Below, in pieces: positions 9,766-18,753 of a DNA stretch of 64,000 bases (the first letter of the stretch is position 1; each line of letters opens with the position of its first letter). Under the pieces are notes generated by a model that was not told the origin of the DNA, searched no databases, and saw only the letters and a list, made by a program, of their open reading frames with translations. The position numbers were made by a program, and so were the translations under genes. Origin of the DNA: a virus. Location of the stretch: IMG/VR virus record IMGVR_UViG_3300033489_000009, positions 769-64,768 of that record; one strand, 5' to 3'.

Positions 9766-9787
9766 GCGCTGGCCCTCCTGGCTGTAC

Positions 9788-10561
9788 TCACGGAACGCAC
9801 CGCCCCAGATCGAGGCAGTCCTGGGCGAGCCGCAGTGCGGCCTTCTCGCACTGGCTTTCGCGCTTCTCGATCCCGACCGCACGACGGCCCAGCGCCCGGG
9901 CAGCGACCAGCGTCGAACACGACCCGGCGAACGGATCCAGGACCAGGCCGCCAGGAGGGCACCCGTAGGTGATGAGCGGCTCGAGGATCCCGGTCGGCTT
10001 CTCGGTCTCGTTGAGCGCGTTGCCGTGCATGGATGGGTGTCGGATCACTGAGCGCATCATCCGGTCGGTGCTGACGTAGGCAGCGTTTTGCGCGATCGCG
10101 CCGAGGTGGGCTGGACTATTCCCCGGCCGGCGCTTGGAGGAACGGGCGTTCGTGGGTCCGTCGAAGGGGATCCGCGGGACGTCCCGCTGCAGGTCGGACC
10201 AGCGTCCGCGGTACCAGTGCAGGGCGTGCTCATGCACGCGCTTGAACCGATCGGCCGCGAATCCTGACCCATTGTGCTTCTCCCAGACCACATCCTGGCT
10301 GAGTCGCCAGTCGGCGAACTGGTGGTGTTGGGCAAGGAACATCCGCATCGACCCGAAGCACCACAGCGACGACCCGTGGCCGGTCATGAGCGACGGCCAC
10401 CCGTCCGGCCAGACGTCCCAGTCGAGCGACGTCTCACCGTAGGGAGGATCGGCCACGATCAGGTCAGCCGCGAGTCCGAGCTCGGGCAGGATCCCCCGGC
10501 AGTCACCGTGGTAGAGCGCGACCTTGTCGTCGGCGTAGTAGGGCGCGGTCACGGTGCTCAC
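9788..10561 (-). CDS. DNA amino-methyltransferase (m6A/m4C, beta class)
   Basis: LYHGDC, DPPY, VWEK, TEKP and VLDPFAGSCST motifs in beta order. Confidence 0.92.
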   Translation of the reverse strand: MSTVTAPYYADDKVALYHGDCRGILPELGLAADLIVADPPYGETSLDWDVWPDGWPSLMTGHGSSLWCFGSMRMFLAQHHQFADWRLSQDVVWEKHNGSGFAADRFKRVHEHALHWYRGRWSDLQRDVPRIPFDGPTNARSSKRRPGNSPAHLGAIAQNAAYVSTDRMMRSVIRHPSMHGNALNETEKPTGILEPLITYGCPPGGLVLDPFAGSCSTLVAARALGRRAVGIEKRESQCEKAALRLAQDCLDLGRCVP

Positions 10562-11115
10562 CGCCCCGCCGTGGCAGCCGACAGGACGAGGTCGAGCAGA
10601 CCCCCCACGGCGAGCGTCAGGGCGGCCGCGAATGCCACGAGGAGCGCCATCTCGACCACGGACGACCCGCCGTCAGCCAGGGACCGGCCACCACGGCCGT
10701 CCAGGAGCCACCGGAACCCGTCCGGATAGCGGACCGGGACCCTGCCCGGATCGACACCACGGCGGACCTTCCACCCGGCCGCGTATGCCCGCTCCGGGTG
10801 GTCCTCCAGCCAGCCGTTGTCCAACCGGCAGACCATGATGATCGACTCGACCTGGTTGACCGCCGGGTCTGAGCTGCCGCCCATGCCGCGGTTGACGCGG
10901 TGGTTCGGCACCAGCTCCGGAGCAGGGTGGTCGTGGCAGAGGAGGCCGACGACGCACTGCCCGTCCCGGGCGATCGCGGCGAGCTTGGTGTCCTGGGAGG
11001 GGCCAGTCTGGCGGGGCCGGGAGCGGACCGCCGGTGCCCGGCGGAGACCCGTCCGCCGCACCATTGCGGACCCGGCACGCAGCGCCGTCCGCCGCGTCAA
11101 CGCAGCCCGCCTCAC
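10558..11115 (-). CDS. HNH-like nuclease with C-terminal hydrophobic prepilin-like tail
   Basis: RDGQCVV...HRVNRGMGG...N..IIMVC..DNGWLE.HPE.A...GW; C-terminal GGSSVVEMALLVAFAAALTLAVGG. Confidence 0.65.
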   Translation of the reverse strand: MRRAALTRRTALRAGSAMVRRTGLRRAPAVRSRPRQTGPSQDTKLAAIARDGQCVVGLLCHDHPAPELVPNHRVNRGMGGSSDPAVNQVESIIMVCRLDNGWLEDHPERAYAAGWKVRRGVDPGRVPVRYPDGFRWLLDGRGGRSLADGGSSVVEMALLVAFAAALTLAVGGLLDLVLSAATAGR

Positions 11116-12773
11116 GCTGCCACGTCCTCTCCAGTGATTGCCTCGACCAGGGCCGAGCCGATGACCTCCGCGCACGGCGGGCAGACCGCGTTCCCGTAGC
11201 CGGCGACCTGCTCCCGCTTCGTACCGATGACCTGGTAGTCGGGGGCGAACGCCATCCCGGCCGCGATCTCCTCCGGGGCGAGCATCCGGAACGTGCAGTC
11301 TTCGACCGCCGGCACGTCCGTGGGCTGGACGAGCGCGTACCGGTCGCGGGTCGTCAGCGTGCCCATCGGTTCCGACGACGGCCGGGCCACGCCGGTGCCG
11401 TAGTAGGGCAGCATCAGCGCCTCACCCCAGGTGATCAGCGACTGGTGGCCCCTGGTGGTCAGGGTGCGCAGCGCCTCGCCCACCGGGGTAGACATCTCGG
11501 CGCCGTCACCGCGGGAGGAGTTGTTCCGCATCACCATCGCCGGTGGGTTGACCAGGGCGTGGTGGGTGCCGTCTGCGCTGAACGTGGTCAGCGGGTCGAG
11601 CATGCTGTAGGCGGCTTTCCTGGACCCGCCACCGCGCAGCAGCACCCAGAACGGGGCCTGCACGAGCGCGGTCTCCAGCCGGGTCGTCTGCGTCCGCAAC
11701 GGGGCACCAGACGGGGAGGCTGACCTCCCCTCCCGGGCTGTGGTCGGCACCAGAAGCCCGTCGGTCTCCCTGGTGGTCCGGGACGGCATCGGCGCGTCGA
11801 TCGGGTGCGCCCCGCCGCGCCACGTCCCACCGGCGGGGGCCAGCATCGGCAGGCCCGCGTACCGGCGTAGGCCAGCCTCGATCCGGGCGATCGTCGCTGG
11901 CTGCAACGGCCGGGACCGATCGCCGATCCGAGCACCCGGGTACAGGTCCCAGTCGATCGCTGCCGCGGCCGGGAGCACCGCCGGGTCCACGATCTGGTGC
12001 CGGCACGCAGACCGGGGGCACCGGTACACGTACTGGCCGCCCGGCCCGTAGTTGCCCATGTCCTGCCCGGCCCGCTTCCACGACTGGACCGCGTCCACGA
12101 CCTCATCGCAGCTGGGGCAGTAGGCCTTGGGGCGCAGCCACCGGTCCCAGTCGGGGTCACGGCCGAAGCTGGCCAGCCAGTAGGCGAGGAAGTACCGGTC
12201 CCTCGATTGGGGTGCGCGGCGGGTCCGGATCGACTGGGCGTGCATCGCGTTGAGCGCGATCAGCCGCGTCCGGTACGGGCCGATCGCCTCGATCTCGCGG
12301 CGCCACACGTCGTGCTGGTCCCACTTCCGCGCCTGGGGCACGTTCTCCACGACCCCGGCGAGCACCGGCCGGCCGCGGTCGGCCATGGCCCGCAGGTAGC
12401 GCGGGACCTCGTCCATGAGTGCCCGCCGCTTCACCAGGTCGAGCCGCTTGGACCGCTCCACCGGCGACTCGGCCGGGTCCTCGAACAGGGTCGCCTCGGT
12501 CGCAGTGTCGAAGTACTGCTTCTCGCCGCGGGCATTGGAGAACGGCGGGCACGACGGGGATGCCCAGAACAGGTCTGCTCGCGGGAATCGGGTGATGTCG
12601 GCCTTGGTGACGTCGCCGAGGTAGTGGTCGGCGTGCGGGAAGTTCCGTGCGTGGACGTCGATCGCGATGGGTGCGTGGTTCGCGGCGAGCATGACCTGCA
12701 CTCCGGGCACGGCGGCGAATCCTTGGGAGGAGCCACCCCAGCCGGCGAACTCGTCGTACAGGGTCAGGGTCAC
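11112..12773 (-). CDS. DNA cytosine-5 methyltransferase
   Basis: Motifs I (DEFAGWGG), IV (SPSCPPFS), VI (ENV), VIII (QSRDRYF), IX (RML..EEIA..M.F) and X (GNAVCPP). Confidence 0.93.
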   Translation of the reverse strand: MTLTLYDEFAGWGGSSQGFAAVPGVQVMLAANHAPIAIDVHARNFPHADHYLGDVTKADITRFPRADLFWASPSCPPFSNARGEKQYFDTATEATLFEDPAESPVERSKRLDLVKRRALMDEVPRYLRAMADRGRPVLAGVVENVPQARKWDQHDVWRREIEAIGPYRTRLIALNAMHAQSIRTRRAPQSRDRYFLAYWLASFGRDPDWDRWLRPKAYCPSCDEVVDAVQSWKRAGQDMGNYGPGGQYVYRCPRSACRHQIVDPAVLPAAAAIDWDLYPGARIGDRSRPLQPATIARIEAGLRRYAGLPMLAPAGGTWRGGAHPIDAPMPSRTTRETDGLLVPTTAREGRSASPSGAPLRTQTTRLETALVQAPFWVLLRGGGSRKAAYSMLDPLTTFSADGTHHALVNPPAMVMRNNSSRGDGAEMSTPVGEALRTLTTRGHQSLITWGEALMLPYYGTGVARPSSEPMGTLTTRDRYALVQPTDVPAVEDCTFRMLAPEEIAAGMAFAPDYQVIGTKREQVAGYGNAVCPPCAEVIGSALVEAITGEDVAA

Positions 12774-12863
12774 TGCTGCCCCCCGGCGGGGCCGGTGCGG
12801 GTTGCGGTGCGTGCCATCAGGTGTGTGTGTCCCTTCGCGATCGGTGACGAGCGGGCGTGGCGG

Positions 12864-13604
12864 TCAGTCCCCAGCCAGGCCGATGGTCCGGGCGTCCGGG
12901 AACCGCTCGCGGACGATCCGCTCCCGCTCGGTCCCGGCCGAGACCACGAGCGAGACGCATGCCAGGCCCCGCTCGACCAGGTACCTCGTCACGGCGACAT
13001 CGGAGTAGGCCGCAGCCTCGTCGGGGGTGAGCCCGAACGCGGCCGGGACCGCCCCGAGGTCGGCGAGCAGCGACTGGTCCAGATCCGGGCAGGCCATCGC
13101 CCCCCGCAGCGAGTCCACGAGGAACCCGTTCAGGTCCCCGACCTCCCGCCAGTCCGGCTCCCAGTCGATGCGGTCGCCGGCCTGCCGATAGGCCAGGTGC
13201 AAGCTGGCTGCGTCGCCGGCACGGTTGACGGCCAGCACGACCAGCGCCTCCGTGATCCAGCCCTTGGCCAGGGCGTCGTGCTGCTCGACGAGGAGCTGCA
13301 TCTCGCCGCGCTCCCACGGCTTGCCGGTCAGCGGGCTCAGCCCGCCCCGGACGGACTTGGCCACCCACGTGTCGGTGACCAGGACCACCAGGTCGGCCCG
13401 GTATCCGGCTGCGCACATCCCGGCGAGTTGGGCGGCGTGACGGCCGTCGCCCTCAGGGACGGCGGCGATGGCTATGAGGTCCTGGCCGCGGTAGGGCAGC
13501 ACGGTCGCCGGGAGGTCGATCCCGGCCCGGCGTGCGCGTTCGAGGCAGGTCCGGGCGGTGGCGGCGGCGTGGTCGAGGGATTCGCGGATCGTCGGCATGG
13601 TCAC
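12864..13604 (-). CDS. Hypothetical protein
   Basis: Globular-looking ORF coupled to the upstream gene. Confidence 0.65.
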   Translation of the reverse strand: MTMPTIRESLDHAAATARTCLERARRAGIDLPATVLPYRGQDLIAIAAVPEGDGRHAAQLAGMCAAGYRADLVVLVTDTWVAKSVRGGLSPLTGKPWERGEMQLLVEQHDALAKGWITEALVVLAVNRAGDAASLHLAYRQAGDRIDWEPDWREVGDLNGFLVDSLRGAMACPDLDQSLLADLGAVPAAFGLTPDEAAAYSDVAVTRYLVERGLACVSLVVSAGTERERIVRERFPDARTIGLAGD

Positions 13605-14026
13605 CGCCCGCCCTTCGGCATGCGGCGGGAGTCGACCAGGACCGTCGCCGACACCAGCACCGCCCGCTCGCAAGCGCGCAACACCGCGGCCATCTCCTCG
13701 TCCCGGGTGGACACGGCAGGGACGGCCAGGTCCGGTCCGGTCCTAGCGGTGGCCATCCAGTCGATGGCCTCCTGGCCGTGCAGGTGCAGGAACGTGACCG
13801 GCGTCAGCCGTGCATCGCCGGTGCCGTCGATGACCGCATCGTGCAGCTGCTGGGCGAGCTGGGCGACAGCTTCGACGGCGTCCGGGGCGGTGGTGTCGTC
13901 TGTGATCTGGGCGACGCCGGTCCGGGAGACCGCGACGAGGGTCCCGGCTTGGCGGGCTTGGGCCATGCGGACCGAGTGGCGCACGGACAGGGCCGGGATC
14001 GGGGCGGGGTGGGCGTTGGGGGGCAC
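13601..14026 (-). CDS. Hypothetical protein
   Basis: 141 aa ORF with AAGGAAGG RBS. Confidence 0.6.
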   Translation of the reverse strand: MPPNAHPAPIPALSVRHSVRMAQARQAGTLVAVSRTGVAQITDDTTAPDAVEAVAQLAQQLHDAVIDGTGDARLTPVTFLHLHGQEAIDWMATARTGPDLAVPAVSTRDEEMAAVLRACERAVLVSATVLVDSRRMPKGGR

Positions 14027-14055
14027 GGGTTTCCTTCCTTGCGTTCTGGGGTGGT

Positions 14056-14083
14056 GCCCGGGGGCCGGTGGAGGCCCCCGGGC
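14056..14083. terminator. GC-rich hairpin (11-bp stem, 6-nt loop)
   Basis: GCCCGGGGGCC-GGTGGA-GGCCCCCGGGC, intergenic, just downstream of the Gly-rich gene. Confidence 0.6.
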
Positions 14084-14093
14084 CCGGGACTTC

Positions 14094-14411
14094 TTAGTCG
14101 CCGTCGCCGCCGCCGTAGCCGCCGCCGTCGCCGCCGCCGTCGCCGTCGCCGTCGCCGTAGCCGCCGCCGTAGCCGCCGCCGTCGCCGTCGCCGTCGCCGT
14201 AGCCGCCGCCGTAGCCGCCGCCGCCGCCGTAGCCGCCGCCGTCGCCGTCGCCGTCGCCGTAGCCGCCGCCGTAGCCGCCGCCGTCGCCGTCGCCGTCGCC
14301 GTAGCCGCCGCCGTCGCCGTAGCCGTCGCCGCCGCCGCCGTAGCCGCCGTCGCCGCCGCCGTAGCCGATCGATGCGTGCGCCTCCTCCAGCACGGCGCAG
14401 GACGCGCTCAC
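14094..14411 (-). CDS. Gly/Asp/Tyr low-complexity repeat protein (105 aa)
   Basis: GYGDGDGDGGGYGGG-type tandem repeats; GTG start overlaps the upstream stop. Confidence 0.7.
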   Translation of the reverse strand: MSASCAVLEEAHASIGYGGGDGGYGGGGDGYGDGGGYGDGDGDGGGYGGGYGDGDGDGGGYGGGGGYGGGYGDGDGDGGGYGGGYGDGDGDGGGDGGGYGGGDGD

Positions 14412-14713
14412 AGCCGGTTGGCCCACTTCCCGGCGTCCGCGTCGATGACCAGCACGGTCGCGAGCTCGTGCGCCCGGACGGTCCCGCACCGGTCCAGGAC
14501 CGTCGACCCAGTGGGCCCCTCAGTCGCGATCTGGCCGAGGCCCTTGCTGGTGCCCCAGCGGCGGACGATCGCGGCGTCGGTCAGGACGTGCTCGTGGCCG
14601 TCTTTGGTGTGCCGGCCGACGGCGACCCAGCCGCGTTGCAGGACGAGGATCTTCACGTCGGCCGGGGCCGCAGGCTGGTCGGTGGGCTGGTCGGTCACTG
14701 TCGTCTCACTCAC
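14408..14713 (-). CDS. Conserved phage protein (DUF6948-like)
   Basis: KILVLQRGWVAVG...L.DA.IVRRWGT.KGLGQIA.EGP motif; this family typically precedes a GYGDG-rich gene. Confidence 0.75.
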   Translation of the reverse strand: MSETTVTDQPTDQPAAPADVKILVLQRGWVAVGRHTKDGHEHVLTDAAIVRRWGTSKGLGQIATEGPTGSTVLDRCGTVRAHELATVLVIDADAGKWANRL

Positions 14714-14776
14714 TGTTGATCTTCTTTCGGTTGGTGGTCCCCGGGTAGCGGGTTCGCTCCCGGACGATTGCTGGGG

Positions 14777-15532
14777 TCAGGCGGGCCGGTCTCGGGAGCG
14801 GGCGGCGGCGTATCGGGTTCGGAGTTCGCCGGGGCCGACCCGCTGCTCGCCGTCCGCAGACGGATCGGGGGCGGCGGTGGGCCAGAACGCGGGCTGGGTT
14901 GCGACCGGCCGCGCAGCGGCCTGGTCAGGTGGCGGAGAAGGATCCGGCCTGGAGGCTGTGGATGACGCAGGTGACGTACTCACCTGAGGTGATTGGTCTT
15001 GTGTGGTGGGAGTTCTGTTGGAGTAGTTCTTTAGCCCCCCATCCCGTGGGGGGCTAAGCCCCCCATCTGGTGACGGGCTGCGCCCCCCGTTGAGTGGGGG
15101 GCAACTTTCTGCGGTGTCACCCGGTTGCCCCCGACCGGATGGGGGGCAACTCCCGTTATCCACAACCTGTTGCCCACCAACAGACGGGGGGCAACTCCCC
15201 TCCTCGGAATCCGGGTTGCCCCCGACCGGATGGGGGGCAACTCCCGCGAAGAGCCTCAGCCGGTACTCCGCGTTCCGACCGTTCCCGGCACGCCGCTTCA
15301 CGACGATCGCGCCAGACCGCACCAGATGGCCGACCGCGTTCTCGACACGCCTGAACCCGGGCTCGGTATGCGGGGCGCCCAGCACGTCGGCCAGTGCTTC
15401 CCGGCCGCCGTAGTAGACCAGCTCCGGGTCGTCGTCGCGGCAGAGGTTCGCCATGAAGGCGAGCAGACGCCAGGACCGGTCAGGCAACTGTGCCCAGCGA
15501 GCGCATACGGCAGCCACGTTGGCCCTTCCCAT
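14777..15532 (-). CDS. Replication initiator (N-terminal winged HTH, internal iteron repeats)
   Basis: RLLAFMA...YYGGREALAD.LG...VENAVGHLVRSGAIVV...G..AEYRL; repeat region encodes SCPP units. Confidence 0.75.
   Translation of the reverse strand: MGRANVAAVCARWAQLPDRSWRLLAFMANLCRDDDPELVYYGGREALADVLGAPHTEPGFRRVENAVGHLVRSGAIVVKRRAGNGRNAEYRLRLFAGVAPHPVGGNPDSEEGSCPPSVGGQQVVDNGSCPPSGRGQPGDTAESCPPLNGGRSPSPDGGLSPPRDGGLKNYSNRTPTTQDQSPQVSTSPASSTASRPDPSPPPDQAAARPVATQPAFWPTAAPDPSADGEQRVGPGELRTRYAAARSRDRPA
15033..15245. repeat. Putative replication origin: palindromic iterons with a DnaA box
   Basis: GGGGGGCAACT at 15096, 15141, 15186 and 15232 (45-46 bp period); identical 32-mer GGTTGCCCCCGACCGGATGGGGGGCAACTCCC at 15123 and 15214; TTATCCACA at 15156-15164. 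Confidence 0.8.
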
Positions 15533-15612
15533 CAGTAGCCCACCAGGACGGTGTGCACGGCGGCGGGATCCCTTCTCGGGGACGGAGATCAGGGGCGGAC
15601 GCTCCGGCAGCG

Positions 15613-15975
15613 CTACGGCGGTGCGACGTCCTGCGCGGTCAGCTCCCGCATCTGCGCCACGGTCGGCTCGGCAACGTCACGCAGGCGCCACGCCTGCCGG
15701 ACGATGGCCTCTTCGAGGACGTTGCGGGCCCACCTGCCGTTGCCGAAGTGCTCGTCCCGGACCGTTGCCGCGAGGAGGTCGAGGAGCGCCTCCTGGCAGG
15801 GCGTGTCCGCGGCGTAGTCGGCTTGCTCGGCGAGGCGGGTGAACACCTCGATCAACTCGACGTCGGTGTAGTCGTCGAAGGCGATGGTGGTCCGGAAGCG
15901 GGAGGCGAGGCCTGGGTTGGAGGTGATGAACCGGGTCATGGGGGCGGGGTAGCCGGCGACGCGGGCGACGCTCAC
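15613..15975 (-). CDS. Stand-alone C-terminal fragment of a CbbX/SpoVK/EccA-type AAA+ ATPase (lid domain)
   Basis: VAGYPAPMTRFITSNPGLASRFRTTIAFDDYTDVELIEVF...FGNGRWARNVLEEAI; no Walker A or B. Confidence 0.8.
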   Translation of the reverse strand: MSVARVAGYPAPMTRFITSNPGLASRFRTTIAFDDYTDVELIEVFTRLAEQADYAADTPCQEALLDLLAATVRDEHFGNGRWARNVLEEAIVRQAWRLRDVAEPTVAQMRELTAQDVAPP

Positions 15976-16331
15976 GCGGACACCAGCCGTCCGGGGGTGC
16001 GGGAGGTCGGGAGCACGCCGGTGCGGCTCCCCCACCGGGGCCGGAGCGCCCGGGGGTCCCCGGCCTTCCTGGCCCGGCACACCGCCCGGTCCAGCGCTGC
16101 AGCGGTCATCCCGAGCCGTGCCGCGGCCTGGGCGATCGTGTGGTCACGCGACAGGGGCTCCCACTCGCCCATCAGTTCGTCCCGGCCGTAGGTGGCCCGC
16201 GGCCAGCGGGTCGGGCGGCCGCGGTCCATCTCGCCGTGGTAGCAGGAGTCGCACAGGTGGCGTGCGACGAGCGGCCGCAGACGGCGGCATCGGGCGCACG
16301 GCCCTAGCCGGTACCGGGTGGGGGGGTTCAC
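15972..16331 (-). CDS. Zn-finger + HTH protein
   Basis: CARC...LCDSCY followed by TIAQAAARLGMTAAALDRAV; GAAGGAGG RBS. Confidence 0.65.
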   Translation of the reverse strand: MNPPTRYRLGPCARCRRLRPLVARHLCDSCYHGEMDRGRPTRWPRATYGRDELMGEWEPLSRDHTIAQAAARLGMTAAALDRAVCRARKAGDPRALRPRWGSRTGVLPTSRTPGRLVSA

Positions 16332-16363
16332 CTGCGGCCTCCTTCGAGTGGTGGTGGTGGGGG

Positions 16364-17200
16364 TCAGCCGGCTGCTGCGGTGCGGGCGGCGTAGTGGTCG
16401 GTGAGCCGGTCCCGGAGGTCCCGCTTGTTCCCGGTCGCCCGCAGGCCGGCCTCCTTGCACAGGTGCCGTAGGCCTGCCAGGTCGAGCAGGTCCAGCTCCT
16501 CTCCCGTCCAGGACTGCTCGGCCCGCTCGGGGGCGGCGGCGGACGGTTCGGGGACGACGCTCAGCGCGGGACGCGCCGCGGTCGGCTCCGGCTCGTCGGC
16601 GTGGTCGCCACGGAGCAGGTCCAGCTCCCGTTCGGCGTCGTCAGCGGCCCGCTGCGCGGCGTCCTTCTTCAGCTGGCTGGTCGGGGTCAGGACCCACCGG
16701 GGGGACGGCCTGGACGCGGTCACACCGGGGACGGGGTGGGTGTGCCGCTGGTCGTCGACGTGCAGGACCAGCCACCCGCCCGGCAGGTCGGGGTCGGCCT
16801 GGACGATGCACCGATCGCGGAGGAACTCCCCCGCGGTTGGGCCGGGTGTCACCGCCGGGGTCCCCGGGATGCCGGCGAATCCGAGGGCCTCCATCGCCTG
16901 CTCGAGGAGGGGGGCGGGGACGGTGAGGGTGGCGGTGACCGCGTCGGGGGCGTGTTCGGCGAGCCAGGACGCGTACTCGGACGATCCGGTGATGGTGGAC
17001 GTGGCGGGCCGGTCGGCTCCGTCGAGGCGCAGGTTCCCCAGACCCTGGCTGGAGGGGAAGCGGTCGACGAGGCCGCCGGTGACGCGGAGGCGTTCGGCTT
17101 CGGCGACTGCTGCGGCCTTCATCCGCAGGGCGCGGGTGGTGGCGGCTTCGGCTTCGATGGCTGCGCCGCAGGCGGTGTCTACGAGGTCCTCGATGCGCAT
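16364..17200 (-). CDS. Hypothetical protein with C-terminal SAP-like DNA-binding motif
   Basis: Ends LDLLDLAGLRHLCKEAGLRATGNKRDLRDRL. Confidence 0.7.
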   Translation of the reverse strand: MRIEDLVDTACGAAIEAEAATTRALRMKAAAVAEAERLRVTGGLVDRFPSSQGLGNLRLDGADRPATSTITGSSEYASWLAEHAPDAVTATLTVPAPLLEQAMEALGFAGIPGTPAVTPGPTAGEFLRDRCIVQADPDLPGGWLVLHVDDQRHTHPVPGVTASRPSPRWVLTPTSQLKKDAAQRAADDAERELDLLRGDHADEPEPTAARPALSVVPEPSAAAPERAEQSWTGEELDLLDLAGLRHLCKEAGLRATGNKRDLRDRLTDHYAARTAAAG

Positions 17201-17214
17201 GGTGCGTGCTCCAT

Positions 17215-18753
17215 TCAGGTGAGGTCGGAGGCGGCGTCGTTGGCGGACCGGCCGTCGCCGGTCGTGAGGTGGCGGCGGGTGGCGTGCATGACGGCGCCAA
17301 GGGGGGTGGGCTGGTCGCCGTCGCCCAGGGCCAGAACTTGGGCGTGCTCGGGTGACAGGATCGGGCGGCAGTCGACGTGCAGGGCCCCCGCGGTCTGGGC
17401 TTCGCGCATGAGGTCGGTCAGCTGGTCCAGGTCGTATGCGGTGAGGGCGGTGAGGGCGAGTTGGTGCGCCGGATGGATCGGCTCGCCGATGGTCGGGTCG
17501 GTGGCCGGTTCTGCGGGCTGCTCCCCGGGCTCGTCCGGCGTCGGGGTCGGGCTGCCGGCGGCCGCAGTGACGGTCTCGACACGGTGCAGCAGCCACGCCC
17601 GCAGCGGGATCATCGGATCCGCCGATCCGGGAGCGACCATCTCGACCTGGGCGTCGGTCAGGGCGCCACGGACGTCGATCAGGAGCAGGTGCCGGTTCGA
17701 GGCCTCGTCCCACGTGCGGCGCAGCTTCTCCACGTCGGTGCATAGTGCGGCGAGCTCTGCGAGCTGCTCGGCGAGCTCCTGATCGGCCGGGACTCCGGTG
17801 CTGCGCTGCCCGTTCCGGGTTTCTGCCTCCGGCTCGTCGGTCCCGCTCTGGCGCTGGCCGTACCGGCGGTCAGCGATCCGCGAGCCCGCCTCCTCGGCGG
17901 CGGCCTCATCGACCCGCTCGTCCGGGGTGAGGTCCCCGCCTGTGAGGTTGCGGATCTCGGCGACCTGTGCGATCGCCGGGTCGAACTTCCACGCGTCGAA
18001 GATCAGCCAGTCGAGCAGGCTGGACCCGTCGGGCACGGTGAGCGTCACGGCGGGGTCGCCTGGGCGGATCGCGAGGTCTGGCTGGACGGCGCGGGCGCCG
18101 ATGATCTGGGGCCGGTTCCCGCGAGTGAGGCGGATCCACTGCCGCACCCCGTAGGCGAGGTCCTTCTGGCCGCGGGCCCGGTAGATCTTCGACCCCTCGA
18201 CGGGGCGGCCGTTCTTCACCTCGGCGACCTCGCCGCCGCGAGCGGTCACGACGACAATGCCGGGGAAGCTGTTGAGCAGCTTCATGACCTTGTTGTGGCG
18301 GCCGTTCGCGTCGTTCCACAAATTCGGAGGGATCACGACCTCGGCGTCGGGGTCCTCAGCAAGGCGCTTCGCGTTGTACTTGAACCGGCGGCCCCGCTGG
18401 TCCACCCACGCGGACAGGCCCTCCCATAGGTCGGTCATTGAGTCGATGCCGAGCACGACGGGCGGTTCACCGGAGGCATGCGCCCGGAGCGCCTCCTCCC
18501 GGACGGCTTCGATCTGGTCGAGGACCTGGTGGTAGCTGCCGTCGTGGTCGAGGACCTCGAAGCGGACGCCGGGGATCGCGCCGTACTCCTCGACGGTGAA
18601 CTCGCCGAGCTCGAGGATGTACATGGCGCCGACGCGGGTGGACGCGGACAGTTCGCACATGGCCCACGTCTTGCCGGCCTTCTCTTCTCCCTCGACGAGC
18701 ACGAACGGCGGGGATGGGCGACCGGACGGCTTGTGCGCGCGGACCCGGCTCAT
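17215..18753 (-). CDS. AAA_24 / Sak4-like recombination ATPase with long C-terminal extension
   Basis: Walker A EGEEKAGKT, Walker B LGIDSMT, GIVVVTAR and GQKDL.Y motifs. Confidence 0.8.
   Translation of the reverse strand: MSRVRAHKPSGRPSPPFVLVEGEEKAGKTWAMCELSASTRVGAMYILELGEFTVEEYGAIPGVRFEVLDHDGSYHQVLDQIEAVREEALRAHASGEPPVVLGIDSMTDLWEGLSAWVDQRGRRFKYNAKRLAEDPDAEVVIPPNLWNDANGRHNKVMKLLNSFPGIVVVTARGGEVAEVKNGRPVEGSKIYRARGQKDLAYGVRQWIRLTRGNRPQIIGARAVQPDLAIRPGDPAVTLTVPDGSSLLDWLIFDAWKFDPAIAQVAEIRNLTGGDLTPDERVDEAAAEEAGSRIADRRYGQRQSGTDEPEAETRNGQRSTGVPADQELAEQLAELAALCTDVEKLRRTWDEASNRHLLLIDVRGALTDAQVEMVAPGSADPMIPLRAWLLHRVETVTAAAGSPTPTPDEPGEQPAEPATDPTIGEPIHPAHQLALTALTAYDLDQLTDLMREAQTAGALHVDCRPILSPEHAQVLALGDGDQPTPLGAVMHATRRHLTTGDGRSANDAASDLT

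Noticed and set aside
11997-14987. 996-aa plus-strand ORF
   Set aside because: Antisense shadow of real minus-strand genes (C5 MTase to the Gly-rich gene); stop-poor frames are expected at this GC content.
15096-15245. Regularly spaced 32-bp palindromic repeats as a CRISPR mini-array for the type IV-B system
   Set aside because: The intervening sequences are only 13-14 bp, the repeats lie inside the initiator CDS and flank a DnaA box; this fits iterons, not repeat-spacer units.
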